From positions 12,035 to 76,034 of IMG/VR virus record IMGVR_UViG_3300032216_000524: a DNA stretch of 64,000 nt, one strand, 5' to 3'. The translations under genes were made by a program, and so were the position numbers. This DNA is from a virus (Duplodnaviria > Caudoviricetes). This document shows positions 37,760-46,416 of the stretch, one piece after another (within the stretch, counting starts at the first letter, position 1; every line of letters begins with the position of its first letter). The notes beneath the pieces were generated by a model. That model saw only the letters and a program-made list of their open reading frames with translations, was not told the origin of the DNA and did no database searches.

Positions 37760-39798
37760 TCTCTCCATCCAGTGGTTCCAGAGGAAGCGCCAGAAACTCC
37801 TTTTCTTTGAGTTCCTGTATTTGCTACACTAGAAATATCTACAGCATAAATCAATCTCATAGAATCGACAAGCTGCCCACCACCAGTGGAATTATACATT
37901 CCAACATACCATCCACGATCTTGACCCATTATATAGTTTTGCTCTGCGCTATTAACTGGTTTACTAATAGTATATTGAGCATCAGTAGACCAAATAGTTT
38001 TTGTCCAACCAGTGCTTCCTGGTGTTCCACTTGCAGTACCACCATACATTCTATCCAGTTTACTAGATAAAACTTTATCTTGTGGAGATCCACACATTGG
38101 TGATGAAGCAGTCCAAGAAGCCACAGTATCTGTAGAGTATACAAATTTTTGGGTTATAACTGTAACACCATCCCATGCAGAAGAACTTGCACCAGACATT
38201 GCTGCATATAATTCAGTTGATCCAGTAATAGCGTTAGAGTACTGAGATGTATTTGCTAAAGTAGCTGATATGTTTGCCCATGTATCTGTTGCAATTGGCA
38301 TTTTTTGAATTTTATCAGCATTGGTCCCAGTAGTTCCACCACCACAATAAATTGAAGTTTGATTTCCATCATTACCAGCCCAAACTGCCATAGCACCACC
38401 AGAATATGCATGGTCATTAGAGTTTGATGCAGTTTCTGTTCTCATGTTTAACTTTTGAGTTTTAGTACCGACGATATTCGCCCCACCACCACTAGTACAA
38501 CCAGTAGTATACTGATGATCTGGTCCACAAGCACCACTATGGTAGTTATGTGAAGATGGTAGTACATCTCCAAGATCAACAGTAATTTCGCTGGCCATTA
38601 TTAATCTATTAACATTCTTCCAAGGAGTGCCAGATTTATAACCACCAATACTGTAACCAGTAGTCAAAATCTGACGATAGAAATAAGGAGTTGTAACAGT
38701 TAAACTATATTGATTCTCAGAAGAAGAATTACCTAAACTATCTTTAGCAGTAATACCAAAGTTAAAAGTCTGCGAAGCTGCTTGCCTTGCACCAATATTA
38801 AATGATCCAGAAAGAACACCAGAAGATGAATTTAATGTAACACCTTTTGGTAGTGAACCAGAGGTAACAACATAACTTAAAGTTACACTGGATGGATTGC
38901 TTGCAGAAATCGTAGCAATGTTTGTATAATTTGAGTTAGTGTTTAATGTAGTAGAGCCAGTTGTAATTGGAACAATATAATCTAGTGTACCCAACGAACC
39001 AGCACTAGGTGATGTAATTGCTGGAGAAGTTGCGTTAGTAACAGTCAGCGTAAAATCTTTAGAAGCAGTTCTGCTAGAGTTATCTGTTGCTTTGATTGTT
39101 AGATTATATACTGCAGTGCTGGTGCCAGTCAGTGTTATTGATCCAGTAATAGCGCCAGTTGAAGAGTTAATTGATAAACCAGAAGGTAAACCATATCCAG
39201 AACCACCACCACCAGAAACAGCGTTTGAACTATATGTTATAGTACCACCTGGAGAAGCTGCAGCAACAGAGGTTGAAATAGTTCCTTCAGTTACTGTACC
39301 AAGACTCGTGGCTGTAGAAAATACTGGACCACCAACCACTTGAATTGGATATGCAAAAGTAGAAGATTGACCATATTCGTTTGTAACAACAATGTTTGAA
39401 TATGTACCAGTAGTTAAGTTACCAGTGCCAGTTGTAACTGTAAGAACCTCAGGACTAGTAAAAGTAACAGTTGCGCTACCGATAGAAGTGCTATCGAATT
39501 TTACAGTAGAACCTGTTGTAAAATTAAATCCATTGATCTGAAAAACTGCACTGGAAGATGGATTGATTTGTTTGGTTGAACTGGTTTGATCAATGAACCC
39601 AGAAACTGGAGTTACACCAGTAACAGTATGATTGATCGGAGAAAGAATATGCCAACCACCAGTAGCATAACCTTCATATAAACCACTACCTGTGTTATAT
39701 CGAATTTGGGCTGCAGTAGGAGATCCAGGTCTAGTTCCACTGTATGGTAACTTGATAAACCCAGTATCGTTAATAGTTGTATTTTTTAAAGTTGCCAT
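37756..39798 (-). CDS. Virion protein paralogue 3: fibre-docking N-terminus, IPT/TIG plus two putative Ig domains, and a C-terminal Kelch-like propeller
   Basis: MATLKNT.I.DTG; LP.GLSINSSTG.ITG and LP.G.TLNSSSGVLSG (He_PIG-like); YRQILTTGY..GGYK; ends GWRD. Confidence 0.75.
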   Translation of the reverse strand: MATLKNTTINDTGFIKLPYSGTRPGSPTAAQIRYNTGSGLYEGYATGGWHILSPINHTVTGVTPVSGFIDQTSSTKQINPSSSAVFQINGFNFTTGSTVKFDSTSIGSATVTFTSPEVLTVTTGTGNLTTGTYSNIVVTNEYGQSSTFAYPIQVVGGPVFSTATSLGTVTEGTISTSVAAASPGGTITYSSNAVSGGGGSGYGLPSGLSINSSTGAITGSITLTGTSTAVYNLTIKATDNSSRTASKDFTLTVTNATSPAITSPSAGSLGTLDYIVPITTGSTTLNTNSNYTNIATISASNPSSVTLSYVVTSGSLPKGVTLNSSSGVLSGSFNIGARQAASQTFNFGITAKDSLGNSSSENQYSLTVTTPYFYRQILTTGYSIGGYKSGTPWKNVNRLIMASEITVDLGDVLPSSHNYHSGACGPDHQYTTGCTSGGGANIVGTKTQKLNMRTETASNSNDHAYSGGAMAVWAGNDGNQTSIYCGGGTTGTNADKIQKMPIATDTWANISATLANTSQYSNAITGSTELYAAMSGASSSAWDGVTVITQKFVYSTDTVASWTASSPMCGSPQDKVLSSKLDRMYGGTASGTPGSTGWTKTIWSTDAQYTISKPVNSAEQNYIMGQDRGWYVGMYNSTGGGQLVDSMRLIYAVDISSVANTGTQRKGVSGASSGTTGWRD

Positions 39799-39802
39799 TT
39801 AA

Positions 39803-41824
39803 TTAATCTCTCCAGCCTGTAGTAGCTGATGATGCTCCAGAAGTACCTTTATGGCTCATTCCAGTATTTGCTGATGATCCAGTATCTGTTGGGAAATCGA
39901 ATCTGGTTGAGTTGTTGTTTTGTGCGCCATCGTGAGTACCAATCATCCAACCTCTATATTGACCATTAAGATAATTTTCTTCACCACAGATAGCTCCATA
40001 TCCTTTAGGCATAGTCCACTGAGCAGCAGTAGCCCAGTTAGTTTTTCTAAAAGTATCACCACCAGTTTGTTCTTGAGAACCATAAGTGCCAGCATTACCA
40101 CCATATATATTTCCTAACTTAGATGCTAGGAATTTTTGTTGGTCAGAGGAAGAAATAGTTGCACCATATGATCCTATTGTATCAGTAGCATAATATAATC
40201 TAGTCGTTTGAGCAGTAAGACCAGGACGAGCAGTACTACCTTGTAGGATACCGCTAGTCTCATCAGAGCCAGCTATAGCACTATAAAAATTACCAGAAGT
40301 AACAGTTGCGCTGAGAATAGATTGTACATCAGTAGCATAAGTATATTTTTCAATATTCCCGCTGTTGGTTCCAGAAAACCCACCAAGAACATATGCAGCT
40401 AATTGCCATCCATCATTACCTGATAATACTGCTGCTTGTCCTCTGCTTCCCTGCGATGTTGCAGTACCCATAGTATTTACTTCAGTTCTCATATTAAAGA
40501 TTTGAGTTAATGTACCATAAGAGTCATGGGCTTGGTTTGAGTTACAGCCAAATGTATATAATTTATCCTGAGAGCAAGTTCCACCATGATAGTTTACAGC
40601 GTAAGTTAATCTATCTCCAAGATCAACAGTCAACTCCATAGTCATGTTTAATCTATTTGCATTTTTCCATGGTGAACCAGATTTATATCCACCGACTACA
40701 TATCCAGTAGTTAAAATTTGACGATACAAATAAGGTGTAGCAAGAGTTAGAGAATATTGATTTTCAGTTGAAGCGTTGTTATTTACATCAACAGCAGTTA
40801 CACCGAAGTTAAACACCTGTGATGCAGGTTGTTTATTACCGATAGAAAAAGAACCTTTTAATACACCACTACTGGAATCTAGTGTAATTCCAGTTGGTAA
40901 AGATCCAGAAGTTATTCTATAATAAACAGTAGCACTGGCTGGGTCTGTCGCAGTAAAAGTTGCAATAGTTGTAGAAGAAGTACCAGTACCAGAAACTGGA
41001 GTTTGATATGTAAACGAACCGACTGATCCAGCTGAAGGAGCTGTGATTGTTGGGTTGCCAGAGTCAGTTACTATTAATGTAAAATCTTTAGAAGCAGTTC
41101 TGCTAGAATTATCTGTTGCTTTGATAGTAAGATTATATGTAGTTGTACCATTAACAATCAAAGAACCTGTAATTGATCCAGAAGAACTAATTGATAATCC
41201 AGTTGGAATTCCGTAACCAGAGCCACCATTACCTGATACAGCATTAGAAGAATATGTTACTGTTCCACCAGGAGAAGTTGCTGCGACTGAAGTGGAAATA
41301 GTACCTTCGGTAAATGTTCCGATATTTGTTGCTGTTGAGAATTGTGGACCGCCAACAACAGTAACTGGATAAGAGAATGATGCAGACTGACCCGATTGTC
41401 CATTCTTAACTACAACATTAGAATACGACCCAGCAGTCGGTGCAAAAGAAGTTCCAGTTGTTACGGTAATTTGTTTTGGACTATTTACAACAACTCCGCT
41501 TGTAATTTGAGTTGAGTCTAAAAATACTGTAGCATCAGTGGTAAAGTTAAAACCAGTGATAGTAAATACACCAGAGATTCCTGGATTGATTTGTAAACCA
41601 GTACCAGTAATATATGTTAAACCAGAAACAAGAGTTACACCAGTAACAGTATGATTGAATGGAGAAAGAGTGTGCCATCCGCTGGCTGCATAACCTTCGA
41701 ATACATTTTTCTCGTTATTATATCGTAGTTCGCTAACCTCACCAGCAACTCGTTGAGATGTGTTACCAACAGCTACCTTAAGATAACCTGTATCATTAAT
41801 TACCGTATTTTTTAAAGTTGCCAT
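39803..41824 (-). CDS. Virion protein paralogue 2 (same architecture)
   Basis: Same motifs as its neighbours; 673 aa; ends GASSATTGWRD. Confidence 0.75.
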   Translation of the reverse strand: MATLKNTVINDTGYLKVAVGNTSQRVAGEVSELRYNNEKNVFEGYAASGWHTLSPFNHTVTGVTLVSGLTYITGTGLQINPGISGVFTITGFNFTTDATVFLDSTQITSGVVVNSPKQITVTTGTSFAPTAGSYSNVVVKNGQSGQSASFSYPVTVVGGPQFSTATNIGTFTEGTISTSVAATSPGGTVTYSSNAVSGNGGSGYGIPTGLSISSSGSITGSLIVNGTTTYNLTIKATDNSSRTASKDFTLIVTDSGNPTITAPSAGSVGSFTYQTPVSGTGTSSTTIATFTATDPASATVYYRITSGSLPTGITLDSSSGVLKGSFSIGNKQPASQVFNFGVTAVDVNNNASTENQYSLTLATPYLYRQILTTGYVVGGYKSGSPWKNANRLNMTMELTVDLGDRLTYAVNYHGGTCSQDKLYTFGCNSNQAHDSYGTLTQIFNMRTEVNTMGTATSQGSRGQAAVLSGNDGWQLAAYVLGGFSGTNSGNIEKYTYATDVQSILSATVTSGNFYSAIAGSDETSGILQGSTARPGLTAQTTRLYYATDTIGSYGATISSSDQQKFLASKLGNIYGGNAGTYGSQEQTGGDTFRKTNWATAAQWTMPKGYGAICGEENYLNGQYRGWMIGTHDGAQNNNSTRFDFPTDTGSSANTGMSHKGTSGASSATTGWRD

Positions 41825-41826
41825 TT

Positions 41827-43899
41827 TTAGTCTCTTTGTCCACCAGTACCAGAAGAAGAACCAGAAGTTCCCTTTCTGAATGTTGCGTCTGCCGACATAC
41901 TGCCGTAGTCAATTGCGAATATAATTCGATAAGATCTATTGTTTTGAGCACCATCGTAAATACCAATCGCCCAACCACGATCCTGACCCGTTACAAAAAT
42001 TTCCTCACCAGATGCGCCAGTACCAGTAGCATTTGTGGCACCAGTATAACCTCTGGAGATAGTAAATTGTTCTTGTGTAGCAAATATGGTTTTTGTCATG
42101 TTACCATTATCTGATACAGTTTGATCGCCATCTCCGTAACCAGTTCCAGTCCCAGCATAAACAAACCCATATTTTGTACTCAGCGATTTCATTTGGGTAC
42201 TAGTATTTAGAGCAACTCCATAAGTTGAAACTGCATCAGTAGAAAATGTCATTTTCTTTGTGGCAGCAGTTGCTGAAACATCACCAAGATTCCACAATCC
42301 GTATAATTCATCAGATGCAGTAATTGCTTCGCCAGCAGAACTAATACCAAGAATATTACCTAAGTTAGACATAGTTTCAGTAGAATATGTATACTTCTCA
42401 ACTGAATCTCCGTTAGCTCCAGTAAATCCAGAAGCAAGATATCCTGCTAATTGATATCCGTCATTACCACCAGTAGCGCCAGATCTTGATCTTGTATAAA
42501 CAGTAGTTCCGTTCGTAGTACCTAACTCAGTTCTCATATTGAATACCTGAATTACATTGCCTGGGGTAGCACTCCCACTTGATTGTGAATTATATACATA
42601 ATGTCTATCTTTGCTGGAAGAACCAGTTTTATAGTTATGAGCGTAAGTTAATTTATCCCCAAGGTCAACAGTAACTTCAGTCATCATTGCTAATCTATTA
42701 ACATTCCTCCACGGAGAACTATTTTTATATCCACCAGTAACATAACCAGTAGTTAAAATCTGACGATATGGATACGCTGTATTAACAATTAAGCTGTATT
42801 GATTCTCCAAAGACGCATTGTTGTTTGCATCAACAGCAGTTACACCAAAGTTATAAGTTCTTGATGCTGGTTGCATATTTCCATAAACAACAGTACCAGC
42901 CAAAACACCAGTAGTTGAATTTAATCTAATGCCATCAGGTAAAGACCCAGAAGACAATCTGTAGTAAACAGTTGCGCTAGCAGGATCAGTAGCAGTAAAA
43001 GTTGTAATTGTTTGCGATGAGGCAAATGCGTTTGCAGCAGTATTTGATGAAGCAGTTGAAGAATAAGCAGGATCATATCCACTCAAAAGAGTTCCTAACG
43101 AACCAGCTGCTGGAGAGGTAATTACTGGAATACCAGAGTCACTAACAGTCAGCGTAAAATCTTTAGAAGCAGTTCTTGATGAGTTATCTGTTGCTTTAAT
43201 TGTTAGATTGTAAGTAGTTGTACCATTAACAACTAACGAACCTGTAATTGCACCAGTTGATGAATTGATCGACAATCCAGTAGGTAAACCATATCCAGAA
43301 CCACCATTACCTGATACAGCGTTTGAACTATATGTTATAGTACCACCTGGAGATGTTGCAGCAACAGAAACTGAAATAGTTCCCTCAGTTACTGTACCCA
43401 AGTTAGTAGCAGTACTAAATTGTGGTCCACCAGCAACGATTACTGGATATGCATAGGTAACAGATTGTCCATAACCATTAGTTACTACAATGTTTGAGTA
43501 TGTACCAGCAGATGGTCCAAAGGAAGTTCCAGTTGTAACTGTTATAGTGGTTGGATTTGTAATAGCAACACCACTAGAAATAGCAGTGGAATCTAACTTT
43601 ACAGTTGTTGCTGAATCAAAGTTAAATCCGTTAATTGTGAATACACCAGAGATTCCTGAATTGATTTGTAAGCCAGTACCAACAAGATATGTAACACCTG
43701 AACCTGGAGTTACGCTGGTTACTGATAAGTTCATTGGTGACAATACATGCCAACCAGTTGAAGCATAACCCTCAAAAATATTTAATTGAGAATTGTATCG
43801 TGTTTCTCCAACACCACCTGCAACTCGTTGTGAACTATCACCAGAAGGTAATTGTAGATACCCTGTGTCATCAATTTTTGTATTCTTTAAAATAGCCAT
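41827..43899 (-). CDS. Virion protein paralogue 1 (same architecture)
   Basis: Same motifs; 690 aa; ends GSSSGTGGQRD. Confidence 0.75.
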   Translation of the reverse strand: MAILKNTKIDDTGYLQLPSGDSSQRVAGGVGETRYNSQLNIFEGYASTGWHVLSPMNLSVTSVTPGSGVTYLVGTGLQINSGISGVFTINGFNFDSATTVKLDSTAISSGVAITNPTTITVTTGTSFGPSAGTYSNIVVTNGYGQSVTYAYPVIVAGGPQFSTATNLGTVTEGTISVSVAATSPGGTITYSSNAVSGNGGSGYGLPTGLSINSSTGAITGSLVVNGTTTYNLTIKATDNSSRTASKDFTLTVSDSGIPVITSPAAGSLGTLLSGYDPAYSSTASSNTAANAFASSQTITTFTATDPASATVYYRLSSGSLPDGIRLNSTTGVLAGTVVYGNMQPASRTYNFGVTAVDANNNASLENQYSLIVNTAYPYRQILTTGYVTGGYKNSSPWRNVNRLAMMTEVTVDLGDKLTYAHNYKTGSSSKDRHYVYNSQSSGSATPGNVIQVFNMRTELGTTNGTTVYTRSRSGATGGNDGYQLAGYLASGFTGANGDSVEKYTYSTETMSNLGNILGISSAGEAITASDELYGLWNLGDVSATAATKKMTFSTDAVSTYGVALNTSTQMKSLSTKYGFVYAGTGTGYGDGDQTVSDNGNMTKTIFATQEQFTISRGYTGATNATGTGASGEEIFVTGQDRGWAIGIYDGAQNNRSYRIIFAIDYGSMSADATFRKGTSGSSSGTGGQRD

Positions 43900-44429
43900 T
43901 TTCTAATGCCTTTTTTCTTTTCTTCTTTTGGCGGAGAATTACCTTTTAGAATTTCAATTTCTTGCTTTAATTCTTTAACAGCTTCAATCAGGTAGGCAGT
44001 TAATTTTGTATAGTTGATACCCTCTGGATCACCATTGGCGTCTTTTGCAACTACATTCGGTAAGATTTTATTTACTTCTTCAGCAATCAAACCAGCTTCA
44101 TTTTTAGAAGATTTGTCTTTACGATCATATGTAACACCAGTCAGCTGCAACATAGAATCTAGTGCACCAGTAATTGGTTGAATGTTTTCTTTTACTTTGT
44201 ATGTTGAGTTTTCAACAAGAGAAGTTACAGTAATAGTACCAGCTGAAAAGTTTCCAGAGGCATCTCGTTTTACACCTTTGTTTACTGTATTTGCGGAAGT
44301 TAAGTCGGTAATTTCCAACTTACTATCATTTAGATTAATAAAGTTTGCATCGATTTCTACGCTGGAAAGCGGAGATCCTTTGGCTAAGCCACCAGTAGGA
44401 TTTGTTATTCTTGTTACGATCGTTGTCAT
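43887..44429 (-). CDS. Mini-fibre: short N-terminal anchor plus Peptidase_S74 chaperone domain
   Basis: AKGSPLS..EID.NF.NLN anchor; STYKVKENIQPI..AL..MLQLTGVTY...EAGLIAEEV...Y.KLTAYLIEAVKEL. Confidence 0.8.
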   Translation of the reverse strand: MTTIVTRITNPTGGLAKGSPLSSVEIDANFINLNDSKLEITDLTSANTVNKGVKRDASGNFSAGTITVTSLVENSTYKVKENIQPITGALDSMLQLTGVTYDRKDKSSKNEAGLIAEEVNKILPNVVAKDANGDPEGINYTKLTAYLIEAVKELKQEIEILKGNSPPKEEKKKGIRKWLF

Positions 44430-44448
44430 TATTGTTCCTGTGCTTTCC

Positions 44449-44455
44449 TATTTAT
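44449..44455 (-). promoter_or_regulatory. Late promoter (ATAAATA)
   Basis: ATAAATA in the gap between the 570-aa and 180-aa genes. Confidence 0.6.
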
Positions 44456-44470
44456 GCAGTTAGACATTCG

Positions 44471-46183
44471 TTAGTAACCTATTGCAAACCAGTAAATACC
44501 GTAATTTCTGTTACCTATTACAGTTGAACCACTCATCACATGGATACTTGTTGTACTAACTGAAGCAATAACAGCAAAGTTGTCTGCAAAACCAGCAGTT
44601 TCAGTAGTAAGTATAGTAGCAGTTGCATTTAAACATGCGTTAGGAAATGTAGTTGGTAATTGAATGAATCCAAAATCATATTCCATTAAACGATTCGCAA
44701 CTGCAATAGTACCCCATTGCATAATCATTCCACCAGGAAGAATTTGATAACCATTACTGGTAAGACTATTGCTAAATCCTAAAGTACTTGCAGTTGGAAT
44801 TGTAGGTTTATTTGAAAGATCATTATATGAACCACTGAATAAAGTTGGTTTGTTTAATAAATCATTATATGATCCAGTGGTAGCAACTGTTGCTCCTGGA
44901 ATTGTAGGTTTATTAGAAAGATCATTATATGAACCACTGAAAAAAGTTGGTTTATTAATAAGATCGTTATATGAACCAGTTGCAGAAACAGTTGATAATG
45001 TTGGTCTATTTACCAAGTCATTATATGATCCAGTAGTAGCAACAGTAGCTGCTGGAATTGTAGGTTTATTAGAAAGATCGTTATATGAACCGCTAGTAGC
45101 AACTGTTGCTAACGATGGTTTGTTCTTAATAAAATCTGCTTGGACATTATTAGTTTGAGTCCAGTTAGATTGAACCTGACCAGCAATAACTGGTTTATTT
45201 GAAAGATCAGCATAAGAACCGCTAGTAGCAACAGTGGCTAAACCAGAAACGGCAATTGTTGGGTTTCCAGAAACACCATCACCATTAGTAACAGTAATAT
45301 TTGTGCCACCAGTAATAGTTCTAGTGGCTGCAGTTCCAGCACCAGTTCTAACATGCAATCCGTTTGTTGTTAATCCAGCAAGAGCAGTAAGATCTGAATC
45401 ATATGGTTGAATGTCTGTACCAACATTAATACCAAAAGCAGTTTTAAAAGCAGACGCAGAAGCAGTAGAAAGTAGTGATCTACCAAACTCTGTTAAATCA
45501 GCTAATCCAGCAGTACCTGAATCTATAAAATAAGCAATTTTATTTGTTGCTGGAGTAACCCCAGAAAGAACAGTTAGTGTATTATTAAATGGTTGAACAT
45601 CAGAACCGATACCCAGTCCAAGACTTGATCTTGCCTGTTGCGCTGAAGTACCACCAGTACCGCCTGAAGAGATCGCTAACGCAGAAGCAAGTCCGCTGAT
45701 AGTACCACCTGTAATACTTACAGCAGTAGAGTTTTGCGTTGCAAGAGTTCCAATACCTAAATTAGTTCTGGCGTTTTCGGCACTAGTACCACCAGTACCA
45801 CCATTGGCAACAGCAACCACACCTGTTACATTTAATGCAGTTCCGCTGACATTACCAGTAACATTACCAGTTAAATCACCAGAAAAATTTGAGATTACTA
45901 AAGTTGCGTGGGCAGTTTCAAAGAAAATATCTCCATTAGCGTCTCGACCAAGAAGAGAGGATGGAACATTAGGTATTGAACCAACTAATCCGTGAACTGA
46001 ATCAGCATCTAAACCAGAACCTGCCCCATCAACTGTTTTTAATTTATTGAGAACATCTGTTGCAGTATATGTGGCTGAAGCCAATTTAGTCTGAACTTCC
46101 GTGTTCAGATTATTAAAGTTGTCATCAACTTCCTGATTTGATAATGGACTGCCTTTGACAGTTCGTAGCGTAATTGATGCCAT
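44471..46183 (-). CDS. Tail fibre (570 aa) with GSYNDL repeats and a gp53-like C-terminal tip domain
   Basis: N-terminal KGSPLSNQEVDDNFNNLN; seven GSY(N/A)DL.N(K/R)P repeats; C-terminal NGYQILPGGMIMQWG...PTTFPNAC...YWFAIGY. Confidence 0.85.
   Translation of the reverse strand: MASITLRTVKGSPLSNQEVDDNFNNLNTEVQTKLASATYTATDVLNKLKTVDGAGSGLDADSVHGLVGSIPNVPSSLLGRDANGDIFFETAHATLVISNFSGDLTGNVTGNVSGTALNVTGVVAVANGGTGGTSAENARTNLGIGTLATQNSTAVSITGGTISGLASALAISSGGTGGTSAQQARSSLGLGIGSDVQPFNNTLTVLSGVTPATNKIAYFIDSGTAGLADLTEFGRSLLSTASASAFKTAFGINVGTDIQPYDSDLTALAGLTTNGLHVRTGAGTAATRTITGGTNITVTNGDGVSGNPTIAVSGLATVATSGSYADLSNKPVIAGQVQSNWTQTNNVQADFIKNKPSLATVATSGSYNDLSNKPTIPAATVATTGSYNDLVNRPTLSTVSATGSYNDLINKPTFFSGSYNDLSNKPTIPGATVATTGSYNDLLNKPTLFSGSYNDLSNKPTIPTASTLGFSNSLTSNGYQILPGGMIMQWGTIAVANRLMEYDFGFIQLPTTFPNACLNATATILTTETAGFADNFAVIASVSTTSIHVMSGSTVIGNRNYGIYWFAIGY
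44790..45245 (-). repeat. Coding repeats (ATVAT)GSYNDL.NKPT
   Basis: Seven copies; DNA core gatc(a/g)ttatatga(a/t)cc recurs. Confidence 0.88.
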
Positions 46184-46416
46184 TAATCTTCCTTAGATTT
46201 TATCAACAGTTGCAGCATTTGTTTTATCTCGTTCATATCCTGTTTTAAGATATTTATATCCTCTGTGTTACGCTCTGCTTGTGTTTTTCTTGCAAGAGCA
46301 ATATCACGATTCTTTACATAATTTTCATATTCAGAATAGTTATTGTTTATAATTGCACCAGAAGAAACCTCTCTAACTAAAGAGGGATTTCCTTCAACTT
46401 GTAAGTAGTTACTCAT
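46183..46416 (-). CDS. Conserved small hypothetical protein following the DUF4815 gene
   Basis: YLQVEGNPSLVRE..SGAIIN....EY..Y with a C-terminal coiled coil. The likely start is Met at 46416 (TAATG coupling). Confidence 0.75.
   Translation of the reverse strand: MSNYLQVEGNPSLVREVSSGAIINNNYSEYENYVKNRDIALARKTQAERNTEDINILKQDMNEIKQMLQLLIKSKED

Noticed and set aside
37756-43899. Diversity-generating retroelement acting on the paralogue C-termini
   Set aside because: No reverse transcriptase in the window and no template/variable repeat pair differing only at adenines; the similarity is in the stalk, not the tips.
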